Position numbers and translations under genes: made by a program. The notes beneath the pieces were generated by a model. The model saw nothing but the letters and a program-made list of their open reading frames with translations, was not told the DNA's origin and made no database searches. This document shows positions 1 to 13,449 of a DNA stretch of 64,000 nt, in pieces; within the stretch, counting starts at the first letter, position 1, and every line of letters starts with the position of its first letter. This DNA is from Isurus oxyrinchus (Eukaryota): contig JANJGN010000034.1 of assembly GCA_026770705.1 (NCBI GenBank), forward strand, positions 3,720,001 to 3,784,000, in the 5' to 3' direction.

Positions 1-1928
1 TCTATCGAAAGCATGGGGGAATATAAATTTGCACGGGACTAAAAGTGCCGACACGGAGCAGTGTGAACATATAGAAACTACGGAATGCATGTGTTTAATT
101 GATCGAGTGTGTAAGTGGACCTATGGAACGGATTTTTAGTTGTGACTTTAATAACTACTTTCATATTACATTCACTGTGGTTATCGCACAACAATATGCC
201 TTCATCTTATACTAACACGAGCCAAAGGAGATAATTTGTACCCTGCCCTTTATAAACTAATCTGCGCTACTTAAGGCTTACTTCCTGATTTGCAACAACC
301 AGATCAGTTGAATGAGAAATGGTTATCCGTGCAGTTATAACATTAAATATCATTTAGAACAAAAAATAAAGGGTCTGTTAAAAATTTACATTAGACCTTG
401 TAAAAAAAACGTTCAATATGTCTGCTAAATACCAGATAGAACTGTGAAATTTAGACAGGGTCACTCTTCCAAGAGAACAAACGATAATGTTAATGGAACC
501 ATTGCTCACAGGGCTTTTTCTTTTCTTTTCCCAGGCGAAAACAAATTTGGTTGATGCCTTATTATAAGAATGCAATTATGGATTGTCCTACTAAAACACA
601 CAAAAAAGAGCTATAACTTGAAGAAGGGCCGATGAAGTGTCAATGTCTTGTGCGAGCTGTCCGAGCATTGTTATATCCTACTTGAAAAAAAGTGGTCATT
701 TAAGCTTCCTGCCAATTGCTTTCTTAAAACAAGGAAACAGTGAGATCCACTTAAAACATCTTGAAGTGATTACAACCCTGAGATAAACAGTGAAATACGT
801 TTATAAACAGCCGTGGTCTCTTCTGTAATCTGGCGATTTGAAAGAGTCCACGTTCAAAACCAGAAGAAAGGAAATTTCTCTCCTTCCAATGGCCCCTGAT
901 TTCAGCTGCTAAAAGTCTCTCGAAAGTTTTGACTAGAAAGCTATCACAGTTGCAGAACCGGTGGTAGAGCCTCACGATCTATACTTTAGTCAATCTACAT
1001 CTCAACTTCAAAATAAATGGGGCCTGCACTTGCACTGACTATGGACCATTCTCTTTTTTAAGTTTATATCTATCGATGTATTACATTTTGAAGCTAATGT
1101 TTGTGTTTATTTGTCTTTATTTCTAAGTATAAAGAAAATGATGCTGTGTTATTTTATATTAAATCATTCACGCGACCGTTCTGAAATATTCATCCTTACA
1201 AATACACAATAGAGAAGCGACTCTGAGTGAAAAAAAAAAATCTAAAGCGCATCTGGCACTAATTAGTGCACTTTGGATAGTTTATAATGGAAACCTTGGT
1301 TATTAATCAAATCTTTATTTTATTAAGGCTGGATTATACTCAGAATCATTTATGCCTAAAAAAAAACATGCTGTTGTAAGTATATGCATTTGAGATCAAT
1401 CTCAAATCGGATACTATGTGATAGATCCGCGTCACTCTAGTTTGAAAAACGTTGAGATGAGATTGTGCAATTACTGTACAATTATGGAAAATCGGGTAAT
1501 AGTTAACACACAGTGACAATTTCTATTGTTGCATCTGATAGACAATGTACGCAAACAAATAAAACCCAATAAAAACTTCAATTATGCCTGTGGCCAATTG
1601 CAGAATTGCAACGGGTTCTATTCGACATAAGGTACTTTTACTTCCTAGCTTAAAAGTTGCATTTCCGGGAGACATTTTTGGCTACCAGTGCCCTGTTAAA
1701 AATAGATGGTATACCCTCTGCATGACATCTCACGTGGCAAATTCGAAGCACTTATCACTGTCAGCTTCGCCTGAGTCTGTAGATTTTGTCCTTTGTGAGC
1801 TGGCAAGGTTTCAATTAATCAGATTAGCTCTTTTACAATATTCCCTACTTAGTAAATATTCAACCTAAGACTTCTGCATCAGTAGAGGTGTGCATTAGTT
1901 TATAATTATATCTTGAAATAACGTTCAC

Positions 1929-1958
1929 CTAATTTGATCACTGAAGTCTCTTGATTTA
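1929..1958 (-). CDS. candidate class C micro-exon, 30 nt, (V)NQETSVIKL
   Basis: Minus strand reads cattactaag|TAAATCAAGAGACTTCAGTGATCAAATTAG|gtgaac. It ends TTAG|gt like other B/C exons, but the acceptor is weak. Confidence 0.4.
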
Positions 1959-3627
1959 CTTAGTAATGTTAACACAACAGAGAATACTTTGTTATAGGAC
2001 ATTATTTTATGATTGCTTTAAAATTGACAATTCATACAGCACCAACCTTAATATAATCAAACACGTCACAGAATATAACATTGGAAGGTAGGAGTATAAT
2101 CCTAACTTCGTATCAAATATGTATCGAACAGTCTGGGGTGGGAGGTGGGGGGGGGGGGGGGGACGGGGACGGTGGGCGTGGGAGTAAATCAGAGATCTCA
2201 GTTGTTTACCCTGCTTCTCTCCTCAAAGCTGCTTCCAAATATAATGAGAATTCGGAGCATTTTCTGGTATTATTTGAGACTTCCATCACTTGCATTCTGT
2301 TTCATTTTTTGGCATTTTTGCAGTTGTTGTAGTGTGCTGGAGGCTGTTTGGCATATGTAAGTTAAAGTATAGAGGAGCATTAAATATAGTTGCATGGCCA
2401 ATACCTGATTTGTAAGATTTTAGCTTTCAGCAAAAAAAAAGCAAGGAGAGCACGATGCTGATTTTTGAATGTCTTTGTGTAATCTAAATTTTGTGTTCAA
2501 ACAGGTGAATTGTGTTAAATTTGAAACGAGGAGGGACTGCTGCTTTTTTTTTTAAAGGCGTTGAGCAGGTGAAAATCATTGAATATATGGAATAGAAAGT
2601 TTTGCTGTTAAATGCAAATATGCAGGGTGATATCCGATTTGAGTATTAATGCTGGGCTGCAGATTTGGACACGTTTCTGGTTTGTACAGAGGAAAGAAAA
2701 AAATGTGAAAGCCGCAGAAGACAGCTGGTAAGAAATCCCTCCTATGGCCTTCCCACAAGATCATGTACATGAACGTATTTATGAAAATCCCAGTATTATA
2801 TTCAGTGTTGCACTTCTGAAGTTGGCTTTTCCCAGGGTACAATAATGAGACAAACATGAAAACCAAAGACAACATTTATTTAAATCCACTGTTTCTGGTT
2901 TCTGCTTGGTTTCTGCATTTTTCTACCATCTTATTACTCTCTAATATATCTACGTCACCGCAATTTTGGTTTCATCCGCCCCTCAGGCTTATAACTCTCA
3001 ACCACTGGCGTCCTTACTTTCATCTCCTTTATTTTGGCACTTTGCGAAATAAACATATGTTACTTTGACCTTAAAAGACCCCCTCAACTCAGCCCCCCAG
3101 CACCTTTCCTTTCTCCCGTCCTGATTTCACTGACACATTTTGTCTTCCTTTCTCGTTTTGTGCTGAATTGAGATGCTGGTTATGTTCGACTTAATTGCTC
3201 CCTAAGAATCTGATGCCTTAAATAACCTTTGCTAATTTGGAGTTTGCACAATAGGGTTGTTATATTAACGGACGTCCAAAAGAATGGGTTTGGTGGCGTA
3301 TGTCCAGTACTCTATTCTGAACAAGTTAACTTCATTTCCTAAATTATATTGAAGCATTTGACAATACTTTGTCTTACAATAGTCGCTCTGTCATCTTACA
3401 GTGCAAATAAATAGACCTAGCGGCATTGTCTCTTGCGAATAACAGAGTCAACCTAATTTGAATATGATGTTGCTCTTTGCGAATTCGCGGAATTTGACCT
3501 GATATTTAGGCAGATATTTGGACAGAGCCTCAGCTGGCGACACATTAAAGCAGCATTAGGAAAAATAAAACGAAACATGAGTGTAACACAAGTGCTTGAT
3601 TTAGTACGTATTTCATTAAATTTTCAC

Positions 3628-3654
3628 TTCTTCTTTCCATCTTTCACGTAAGTT
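3628..3654 (-). CDS. candidate 27-nt micro-exon with in-frame TGA, (E)LT*KMERR; terminal or poison exon
   Basis: ttggaacag|AACTTACGTGAAAGATGGAAAGAAGAA|gtgaaa. It lies 100 nt downstream of a class B exon, similar to the 12909-to-12807 spacing. Confidence 0.4.
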
Positions 3655-3754
3655 CTGTTCCAACGCAAATGGATGGTCCAGACAAGCGAGTGAAATATAA
3701 CCATATAGCTGCTCATGCATCTATTATATAAATACAGGATGACGTTCCCCTCAC

Positions 3755-3790
3755 CTAACTTTATGGTCATTAATTTGCAATCTGACAACT
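3755..3790 (-). CDS. class B micro-exon, 36 nt, (E)LSDCKLMTIKL
   Basis: gtttgtttttcacttgcag|AGTTGTCAGATTGCAAATTAATGACCATAAAGTTAG|gtgagg. Strong splice sites and open in phase 1. Confidence 0.75.
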
Positions 3791-4276
3791 CTGCAAGTGA
3801 AAAACAAACAATGTTGCATTAATTGGAATCCTTACTGTGGGACACTTAGAATGTCTTTGATTGCAATGGTCCTAATATCTCCAAGTGTATAAACAACAAT
3901 CTGTCCGAAACACTCCATACGTTCACATGAATAACCAGAATGGAATATTGATCACGAGACTACTACTGCCAGCAAACCATGGAGATAAATCGCAGCTTAA
4001 ATACACTGGTCCATTTTCATTACATTGATTACCCATTTTTACTCATTTTAAGCAACAGCATTCGCTGTGGTGAAAAATACGAGCGCTTCATTTAGCTAAG
4101 AAAGATAACATATCCCTTAATGGAAGAAAACATAAACAAACAGATATTATACATAACAAGCCCTTGATTAGGTACGGGCCAAAATTATAATTTCATATCA
4201 TGAAGGGCCACCAATGGGCAATTCATAATGCTGTGCAACCACGTGGGTGAACTTTTCGACCCGTGCCAACAAGTAC

Positions 4277-4306
4277 CTTTCTCTTTTTGTTTCAACGTTT
4301 CTTCTT
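4277..4306 (-). CDS. class A micro-exon, 30 nt (27 nt with the alternative NAGNAG acceptor), (E)EETLKQKEK
   Basis: ttcttttcttcag|AAGAAGAAACGTTGAAACAAAAAGAGAAAG|gtactt. Nucleotide-level homology to 15704-15730 and 22598-22624, including the donor flank. Confidence 0.8.
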
Positions 4307-4479
4307 CTGAAGAAAAGAAAATTATTCAAGTTGATCATGTACATCAATATGTTCCAAAGAATATAACATGCGTCACTTCAAATGGATATCTGGCTTAATT
4401 TGTTAAGCATCAAAGGAGGAAAATAAAATCTATTTAGCGAAACACCTGTCACAAGGAAATTGCCAGAATCCATTATTCA

Positions 4480-5820
4480 TTAGATTACAGCAGGATACTT
4501 ATAAAACCAACTTGCAAACCGACAGAGCGGTCGGTCGTGGCATTTTGAAAGGGAAATCGTGGTTACCTAACACATGAGATGTTTTTTTTTTCGATTGACG
4601 GTGTAACAAGCAAGTTGGATAAAATTTAACTTGTAGGTGTTGTGTAATTAAATTTCCAAAGGCATTTGATAAGTTGCCACGTCAAAAATGCAACATAAGT
4701 TAAGAGAACATGGGGTTGCGGCAACATATTAGTTTGGTTACCTAGCAGGAAGCAGAGAGTAGGGGCAGAAGTATGCGTTTTTCGGTTCACCAAGCTTTCA
4801 CTCGAGGAGTCCAACATGGATCAATGTTGGGGCTTCAACTATTAATAATGTTTATAAATGATTTGTATGTTAGGATCAAATTTACGGTAGCTAAATTTGC
4901 TGAAGGCATGAAGATATGCAGGATGGTACGATGCCGAAATGATGCCCAGAGCCTTAAAAGCGAAATACACAGGTTAAGTGAGAGGGCAAACATTTGGCAG
5001 TTTGTGTGCAATGTGCGAAAGTGTGAACTTGCACATTTAGCCAGAAAGAATGTCGAAGTGGTACACTATATAAATATTACGAGATTACAGAACTCGGTTG
5101 TACAAAGGGATTTGGATGTCCTGGAACATGAGCAGTAAACAGGAAGTTAGTATGCAAGTCGGGCAATTGATCAGGAAAATAAATTGAACGCTGCCCTTTA
5201 TCGCCAGAAGAATGGAATATCAACGAAAATAAGTTTTACCGATGCTGTCTAGGGCATTTTTGTGATCCCATTTGGAATAATATGGAGAGTTTTGGTATCC
5301 TGTTCTTTAAGACGTGATTGCTTTAGAGGCATTGGAGAGAAATTTCACTCCATTTACTGAATAGCTTACGTTACGAAGATAGGTTGGACACGTTCGATCT
5401 CTTGGCATTGGAGGGTGCAAGAAGGAGAGCTGATTGCATTTAACATTTTTAATTCTGCGGGGACTTGGCAGGGTCGATACACGTTCATTGTTTCCGGTTA
5501 TGCGAGAGATTAGAACGTGGGGACACATTTTAATCATAAGAGGTGTCCTTATAAATGCTGAGGTGAGCAGAGTGTTTCCTCTCTCAGAGTTCCATAGGTA
5601 TGTGTAAATTTCTTCCACAAAGGGCAGTGGAGAATGGATACGTCAAGTTATTCAAGACAGAGCTAGACGTTGATGGATAAAGGAATCAAGTGTGATTGTG
5701 AACAGAGGGGTCAGTCGAGCTGAGGCATCATCCAGGTCAGCCACGATGCTATTGGTTGGCGGAGCAGGTTGAAGGGCCGAGAGGCTCACTTCTGCAGCTA
5801 AGTCCTATTTAACTATGTTA
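4480..5820 (+). mobile_element. CR1-clade LINE, 3' half of ORF2 plus 3' UTR, decayed
   Basis: RT motifs NFQRHLISCH (~DFQKAFDKVPH, frameshifted), GVQHGSMLG, FINDL, KFAEG (~KFADD) and QRDLDVL, plus a typical shark CR1 3' tail (ggagcaggttgaagggccgagaggctcact). Confidence 0.9.
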
Positions 5821-6109
5821 ATATGTGCTACCAGCCGCAATCCTTAATTAATAAGAGTAACAACGAAATGCTGCACTGGTAAAGCTGTCACTGAACGAGA
5901 TTATAGCAATCAACGAGTGCTAAGATCATGCATATTGATGTAACTGCACTGTGTTACACATGCAAAGCTGTTGGAAGGATTTTAACATATTGTTCATTCA
6001 TTTATCTATAATTTGAGATGGTGAACAGAGACCAATGCAACTAATGGAATAGAAGTTGGAGGATGAATGAAACTTGGGTTATTCCGACAGATTTTCCTTT
6101 CTGGATTCT

Positions 6110-6470
6110 TCCATGGGACGTGGGCGTCTCCGGCGTGGCCAGCATTTGTTGCCCATCCCTAATTGCGCTTTAACTGAATGATTCGACAGGCCATTTCAGA
6201 AGGCACTTAAAAGTTAATCACTTTGCTGCGGATCTAGAGTCAGAAGAACGGATTGCAGGGTTCCTTTTCTAAATGGATAACAATGAGCAAGAAGGCTGAT
6301 TATAACAATCTCTGATAGTTTTATAGTCATTATTGTCGAGAATGCTTTTCAATGCCTGATTTTATTATTTGGATTTTGAGTCCTCTAGCTGCCATGGTGG
6401 AATTGAAACCCATGCCACACCAACCGTCAACCTGGACCTCTGGCCCACAGACATCACTATTATGCCACCA
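6110..6470 (-). mobile_element. tRNA-head SINE, decayed
   Basis: Reverse complement resembles the SINE-like head at 29325-29630 (cagctgccatggtggaattgaaaccc; gcatttgttgcccatccctaattg). Confidence 0.7.
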
Positions 6471-9400
6471 AATCACCAATGTTTAATGAGTTTAATATAA
6501 AAAAAAAACATAGTGAATTAGAAAGCACAAATTTTCCACGCCTAAGTCTTTAAATGATTTCCCAATTATTTCTCCAATAAAACAAGAAAACACTGATTGT
6601 TGTTACATTTTAAAATTATATGTTGTGGCTCTTTGCTCTAGACTCCGGGATAAAGCAATTTCTTAATTCCCGAAAATGACGAGACTCAGATGTCTGCATT
6701 CCTTCTAGTGCCTAAGCAATGTAACACCTCTCCAGACAGATGATGCAGCCTGTAAAGCAGCAGCCTGCCACAACTGGCATTGGATATTCACCCTGAAAAT
6801 GCGATAAGAATAGTAATTAAAATAAGTTCGCCCATGATAAACACGTTAATCTCCAGGGATGTTCATGGACATTGATCATTGTTCATCCATCATCTGAAAT
6901 AGAACCTGAAATCAGTAAAATATGACATTCCTTTTAACTCGAATTGTTCTGTTCTGACAAGTTATCCAACAAGATCGCCCTGGTGAATTTAGTGTTTGGG
7001 CAACATTTTTAACGTGCTCTCCGCTTTTGTGTACTAGTTGCTTCTCACTTTCAGTTAACTTCGCTGGCTAGCAAAATTCCTAAAATAAAGAGCCAAATGT
7101 CCAGGTGTTTCCTAATCAGTATAAAGACTCTGCATGGGCGGATCCTCACCTGTCGCTCCTAGCAGCGTCATACAAAAAATGTGTCCATCGCTATGCCAGG
7201 CTAAGCTTTAATGGAACTCTGAGGAGTTTTGTCTGTTAATTTTACAGTGTATATGGTCATTGGTAATGGGACACGGCCTGTTACGTCTAAATCTCATTTC
7301 CACCTATGACCCAATAACTCCACTAATTTCGCATCCCTGGGGAAATTGCCAAAAAAAACCCTGGGATTGACAACAAAGGTGGGCTGATGTCTAAATATGT
7401 AATCATTCACCAATTTAATGCCATAAATTTTCATTCCATTGAACGAACCCCACATATGGGCGATACAGCCCCTAATATTTTTGCATCCCAGCATCTCCTT
7501 AACTTTCCCACAACCTTGCGCCCTGGTGAGCGCCATACAATACAGTTTCAGAAGGTTATCGGATTTTGAAAAACAGCAAGTAGGGGTGAATAGCGTTAGT
7601 GGATTTTCGTTACGAACAGGTTCTCATGGACGTACACGACTATGGGAGAAACTATTCTATCCTCATGTCAGCAAGAGCCCCGCACCCCAAAAGATCTTGA
7701 GACCTGAACGTCTGTCTGATGCAATGGTGATTGACGAATAGAGAGAAATTTCAACAACTGGGACAAAATCCACTGCAGTAAACAAACAAGCAAAACAGAA
7801 AGTGAGAGAGAGAGAGAGGGTGGAATGTCAAAAATATGCAATTTGGGGCATTTTTGCACGTGTACAGCAATGTCTGGCGACTAGCAGCTGCTTGATACCA
7901 GGCACATGGTGAACGATGATTGATGTGGAACTTTCAGTATTTCTTTTTACAATAAATAGCCAGATTTGGCAGGAGCATATCGCTGAAAGAAGAATGAACA
8001 AAAAAGTCGATGCACGTTAATTTAGCGGGGAGAAAATGGGGAGGAACCGGGGGTGCAAGGCATTGAATTCAAGAGGTATAACTATAGTCATGTGGAAATA
8101 ACTTCTCTTGATGATGCCACCTTCAAATATTGTGGAAGTTGTTCATTCCAACCATCTCGAATGAGAGACGGCTACTTAAACTCCCCAGTGTCTGTGCTCA
8201 AAATTTGTGATCTTCTTGAGAAGAGTAAGACCAGGACAGTGACGATTTTTACACTGTTATTAGCAGCAACCATTAGTTAGAACATATGACATACTGGGGG
8301 AGTTCAACGCAGGACTGGGAACAGACAAGGTAATTTGGTGCTCCTCCCTTTAACATCATAGATTGGGAAAGTTAAAGGTCAACAGTCCGAGACTGCATGA
8401 GCTTTGAGTTACAAGGACTGCTGCATTAATAAAACCTTATTTAAAAACAAATCAAACCTCAATTTCCCCTGGAGCCATCCTCGATGAGGTCAATGATACC
8501 AGCTAATGTAATGACCACCAGGAATGTATTAGCATGAATTTGCAACCTTTGAAAATGAACTTATTTATTCAAAGCAGATACGCCACACTTGTATCAGTGT
8601 CAGTCCTTCTTCCTCCCCCGATAAAAATAAACAGGTCAATGGCTCGATTCTACACGTGCTGACCTGCTTTCCTAAACATACTGCACCTAAAACACATAAC
8701 ATACTTAAATACACAATGTAAACAAGTTCACTCAAAACATGTGGGAAGCAAGTGCAGAAAAGTGGTGACTTGATTCGAGAGTATCATCACTGAGATGGAA
8801 TCTGACATTGATGTCAATCATTCTTCTTTCATTCATTACAAGAGGGATCAAAGCGATAAGAATTAGGAACACTGAGAGCTGCCCAATCTAAAATATATTG
8901 AATTGTTAGTGGTCATAATTGTGCCAGAATATCCATATGCCCTGTTAGACAGGGAATTTCAGGGGCATCGATAAAGTGACCCTAACGGCAACAGGTTAAT
9001 AAGCAAAGGGCTCTATTCAACACAATTTAGATGAGGTCGTCATCAGCTGCAATAAAGTGTTGGAGAGCTGGGCGAATTATATTACTTTCAACTGTACCCT
9101 ATGTGGAAATCTGTCACCGAGGCAGGAATAGATACCATGAAATGCCTTTTAGACCTCGACACAGAACCGTATTACAAATGCTGTTGACTCTGTTGCAATG
9201 GCAAACTCCCAGCTGTTGTCCCTCCACCATTTGAACTCTTCGTACAGTAGTCAACCATCCTGCAATATCTAGACAAACATCTCTGTCTCTTTCAATCCTC
9301 ACTTTTTGTGTCCTGTCACTTGCCGGTGTTAATTACTTTGTTTTACATAATTTAGTTCTGACACATTTTTTTGTCTGCAGCATGTATCGGATAATTATTG

Positions 9401-12400
9401 TCACTGTGGTCTCACCCATTGTATTTGAAACTTCCCCGTTCATACAATTTCATTGATGCGCTGTGAAGATTTTAACCTTATTTCATGCATTGGCTTAGGA
9501 GCGTGTCATAAATGTTCAGCGTTACGATTAACGTTTAGACTTTTATCTCTCTAAATTGATGTGGGCACAAATAATATCGCAGTTAGATAGTTTTCATTAA
9601 TCTGATAGTCTTTGACAGTCGGTATTCATGGCATGTATCTACGTTGTGCTGCTTCTCCATTTCTTGCAGAGGACTGAAACATATTCTCCATAACATGGAA
9701 CAGTGCCAAGCGTTTCAATTTACACTGATAACCCTGGAAATGTCCTAAGATATAGCGCTCCTAATTCCATATTTATTCTGACAGATTCGCATGTTATTTT
9801 CTCACAATAACTTCTCAAAATATTGCAGACTGAATTGTTACATCACGAACACTCTTCAAATTTAAGTTGAAAGTCCGCCCTGATTCATACCAGAAATTGG
9901 TCACTTGCTTAGATTCAAAATAAAGTATATCAAATTCAGTTCATCACACTATCTATGGTGAAACTGAACTTTACTGTTCTCAATTACATTTGCGTTCTCA
10001 AGCGTTGAAAATGCATTTTCTAAAATATTTGCCAACATTTATTGATGAAACCAAACGATTTCAGCAGCAAGGCTTGGATTTGATTTCCTATGAGCACCCT
10101 GATTGCTTTAACGTAGTTTCAAACTAAATTAGACACACTGTTTGCTTAAGCCTCAATATGATGTAAAAACTAATATTAAATTTCTAGCTGTGCTATTTAA
10201 ATATTGGTTAAATTAATAACGTTGAGCAGAAATTAAATCAGGGGTTTCAGGAAGGTGACATGCCTATGAAGTGAGAGACTGCATCAAAATAATGTGTTGG
10301 CTTAGAGTCTAAAGAGGATGAACTATTGAGCTTCCAGGATGCTGTGATGCCCTGTTCCTTTTGACTGTTGCAACTGTAAAAATTAAACATAATCTGAGAT
10401 ATTAGTGTTCGCAAGGTTTTGCGGCTTTGTCAATTTGCATTCTTCATTGAAATTCTGTATATGCAGTGCCTACAGCTGCAGAACCATATTCCCCAAAGTT
10501 ATCTTCCCATTTTGCAATATCTCAATTCTTCTTCTGAAAATGTTTCCTTAGCTCGGTAATGCTTGACAAATCTTTTAAACATATGCCTGATAGATAGAAC
10601 TTGGTGCACTGTCAGAACTTTACTTGGGAGTTGGCACTTTAAAGGTATTTGTGAAGTTCTGCAGTATTATTATTTTTAAATTATTATTTTTCTCTTCTTG
10701 ATTGCATATTCGACGGTGACTGGAGGATTCGCTTGCTTGGTCAAAGAGATACACAGGAAGGCACATGTATTAATCGCCATACTCCTCTTACAACAAGTAT
10801 TATTTCCGCTGTTGAAAATTAATGATGCCATGATTTGCCACCGACAAAGCATTTCTCTCGATTTCTGTTAGTAAATAATTATATAATTGCAAAAATGCAA
10901 AAAACACTTTCACGTTCTTGCGGTAAATCTTCAGCTCAATCATCAAAATATAACGGTACTAATAATGAATCGTGATCATTGAAATGGAAGATGCATTTTT
11001 GCTTTCTTTAAGTTTGCGACCGTCAGAAATATATACATTGAGCATGATTGCTCAACATAGCATTAAAAAAAACTCAATAAGTTTGACCCGTGGCCATGTA
11101 GGATAGAAGCGAATTTCAAGTTAGATGTACATAAGTTATCACATGTTGTCCATGAAACAGTTAATTTTTCTTTACCTAGTAATTAGCATTTTCAATAGGA
11201 CAGTAGCAATACAATTTTGGAATCTACATATGGACATTGCTATCCGCGTTAGCACAGATTAATGGAACCATGTGGAATAACACAAGGGTTCCATTTAGTT
11301 TAAGAACGACAACATTGAAATGTCTGAAGGATATTCTAAACTCGCCTCCATAATGGTTGAGTACATGGGGAAAGGTCAGGGAAGTGAAAGGTTAAGACTT
11401 TTTCACTCTCAAAGGACGATGCCAAATCTCCCAACATTATTATTTTAGTCTCGCTTTAATAAACATATTATTATATGTCTAATATATTATTATCATAATG
11501 TATGTTTATATTCTTATCGGTTTGTCGTAGCTGCATTATGCTTCTTTTTTCCTTGTTATGCCAAAATTGGTACACTGTGTATAGTAATGCTAGGCATATG
11601 TTTTGAAAAGTTATGGATGCACTATAGAAACACATTTGATGATATTTGCAATATAAAGCTTAGCGGGAACATTTTGAAATTTAACGTGTGTTTGTGACCT
11701 AATTAATGCGTTAAATCGTTTGAGATGTGTTCCTATTTGAAACAGAGATCGGTTAAAATAAATATGTGCACACATGCACACACAAACACTCACATACACC
11801 GAGATCAATTGGCAAAGGAGAATAATGTACGGAAAAAAATGCAGAACACGTAATCAGAGGGATTTGTTGAGATGAATTAGCGCAGTTACATTTAGCGATA
11901 CTGGGCAAGCATGTGAAAACAGCGAATGGAGGGATTTGCTGCTACAGATAGCAGAACAAAGCTCGGAGCTTTCTCGAGTTCAGTGCAAAAAAGTAAATTA
12001 CAGTGGTGGGACTCAACGTACCATTACGTATTGCACATTGTAATCAATTTCATGTAAGGTGGAGAAAATGGAACAATAAGAATTATATTGTGCGGCTTCC
12101 CACGAGGACCATGCATAAAAGTAACAATCCAAATTACAGTTTAGCAATCACTTTTGCCCACGTGGAACCAGCTTGTCCCGAGGCTCAAGTATTACACAAT
12201 AAGGAAATATAAAAGCGAACTTTTGTCTTCCTATTACTGTTTCTAAGAAAGTAATGGTAATTCTGACGTAATATCACAGCTTCATTGCTTCTCCGACATT
12301 TTATCCAGCATTTTGATTCTCAAGTACATTTGCAATATTCCAATTCTGGAGGCCTCAGCTTTGGTGATTTGCATTGCATTATCATGGCCAGGTAGTTTCT

Positions 12401-12444
12401 AGTTCCTCTTTTTTGGATGTTGGTAAATAACTGTTCCCACCGCT

Positions 12445-12590
12445 CTATCCCTCTCCTCCACCCCATCACCTCTATCTCTCTCTCTCTTTCTGCTTGCCTG
12501 TCTCTCTCTCCTCCTCTCACTCTATCTCCACCTACCCTCTCACTCCCTCTTTCCCTCTCATTCTCCCTTCACTTTCTTTCTCTATTCTCA
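12445..12590. repeat. CT-rich polypyrimidine / degenerate (CT)n tract
   Basis: Directly visible low-complexity ctctct/ctccc run. Confidence 0.9.
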
Positions 12591-12783
12591 ACAGCGGGAT
12601 GCTAGCTTAAGCCTTTCTCTTTGGTAGCGCATATAATAAGAAGCATAATTTGATGGCGTGTGCTGTTTCCATGCACTCGGGGAATGTCTACCTGATGTTG
12701 TAGCCATTTTTGTGTACATAGCTTGCATGTACGAAATCACTCTTGAATCAGCATAAAATAAATCATTGACTTAACAGAAATAC

Positions 12784-12807
12784 CTAGCTTTACAGGTACC
12801 TCATTAA
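12784..12807 (-). CDS. class C micro-exon, 24 nt, (V)NEVPVKL
   Basis: gagatttcatag|TTAATGAGGTACCTGTAAAGCTAG|gtattt. Lies 101 nt downstream of the class B exon 12909-12944. Confidence 0.6.
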
Positions 12808-12908
12808 CTATGAAATCTCCTCTATTTTGGGGAGCAGTTAGTTTCCAGTCCAATAGAATTAAGCTGTGATAAATTGCGAGAAAAAAACAAACATGATTTT
12901 TTTCTCAC

Positions 12909-12944
12909 CAAAAATTTTGTACTGACTGTTGCAAAGTTGCAACT
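12909..12944 (-). CDS. class B micro-exon, 36 nt, (E)LQLCNSQYKIF
   Basis: ctttgttcccttacag|AGTTGCAACTTTGCAACAGTCAGTACAAAATTTTTG|gtgaga. Confidence 0.75.
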
Positions 12945-13449
12945 CTGTAAGGGAACAAAGTTTACACATCACGATTTGATTAACATTTAAATCTGTTTGA
13001 CTCGGATTCATTATTGTGGAATACTTACAATATTACTTGAGTGGATTAGTTCCAGCTATTGATATCCCACTTCCTGAAGACATGAAGCACGTATACTCAT
13101 CAATCCAGCAGCCTCTGTATGAACTTCCCGGACCCCTGAAGGGATGGGGGTGGGGGGTGGGGGAAGGTGGGGGAGGAGGTGAGGGAGTGGGGGGAGTGGT
13201 ACGGGGGTGGTGTGCTCTGCCCTGGATTTGCCCAATAAAAAGATTGTTCATCTGTACCGGAACCTCGGCGATAACAATTATCCAGCCATCCCCCAGCTGA
13301 GAAACTTCGGGGAAACACATCTATCCATGATGCCCTTGGTATGCTGCAGTTTTTGACGGAACACAACTACCCCAAAATACAGGGCGGCTTCACTACTGTA
13401 AGTTTACTTTTGATATGCACAGCTCAGTCTGTACCCTGCAAGAATAATG

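Noticed and set aside
7049-7079. Well-flanked 31-nt exon candidate on minus
   Set aside because: Not a multiple of 3, with stops in all three frames.
12137-13376. B7/butyrophilin-like IgV and IgC pseudo-exons on minus
   Set aside because: They contain many stops, overlap G-rich and CT-rich repeats, and would be interleaved with the micro-exons.
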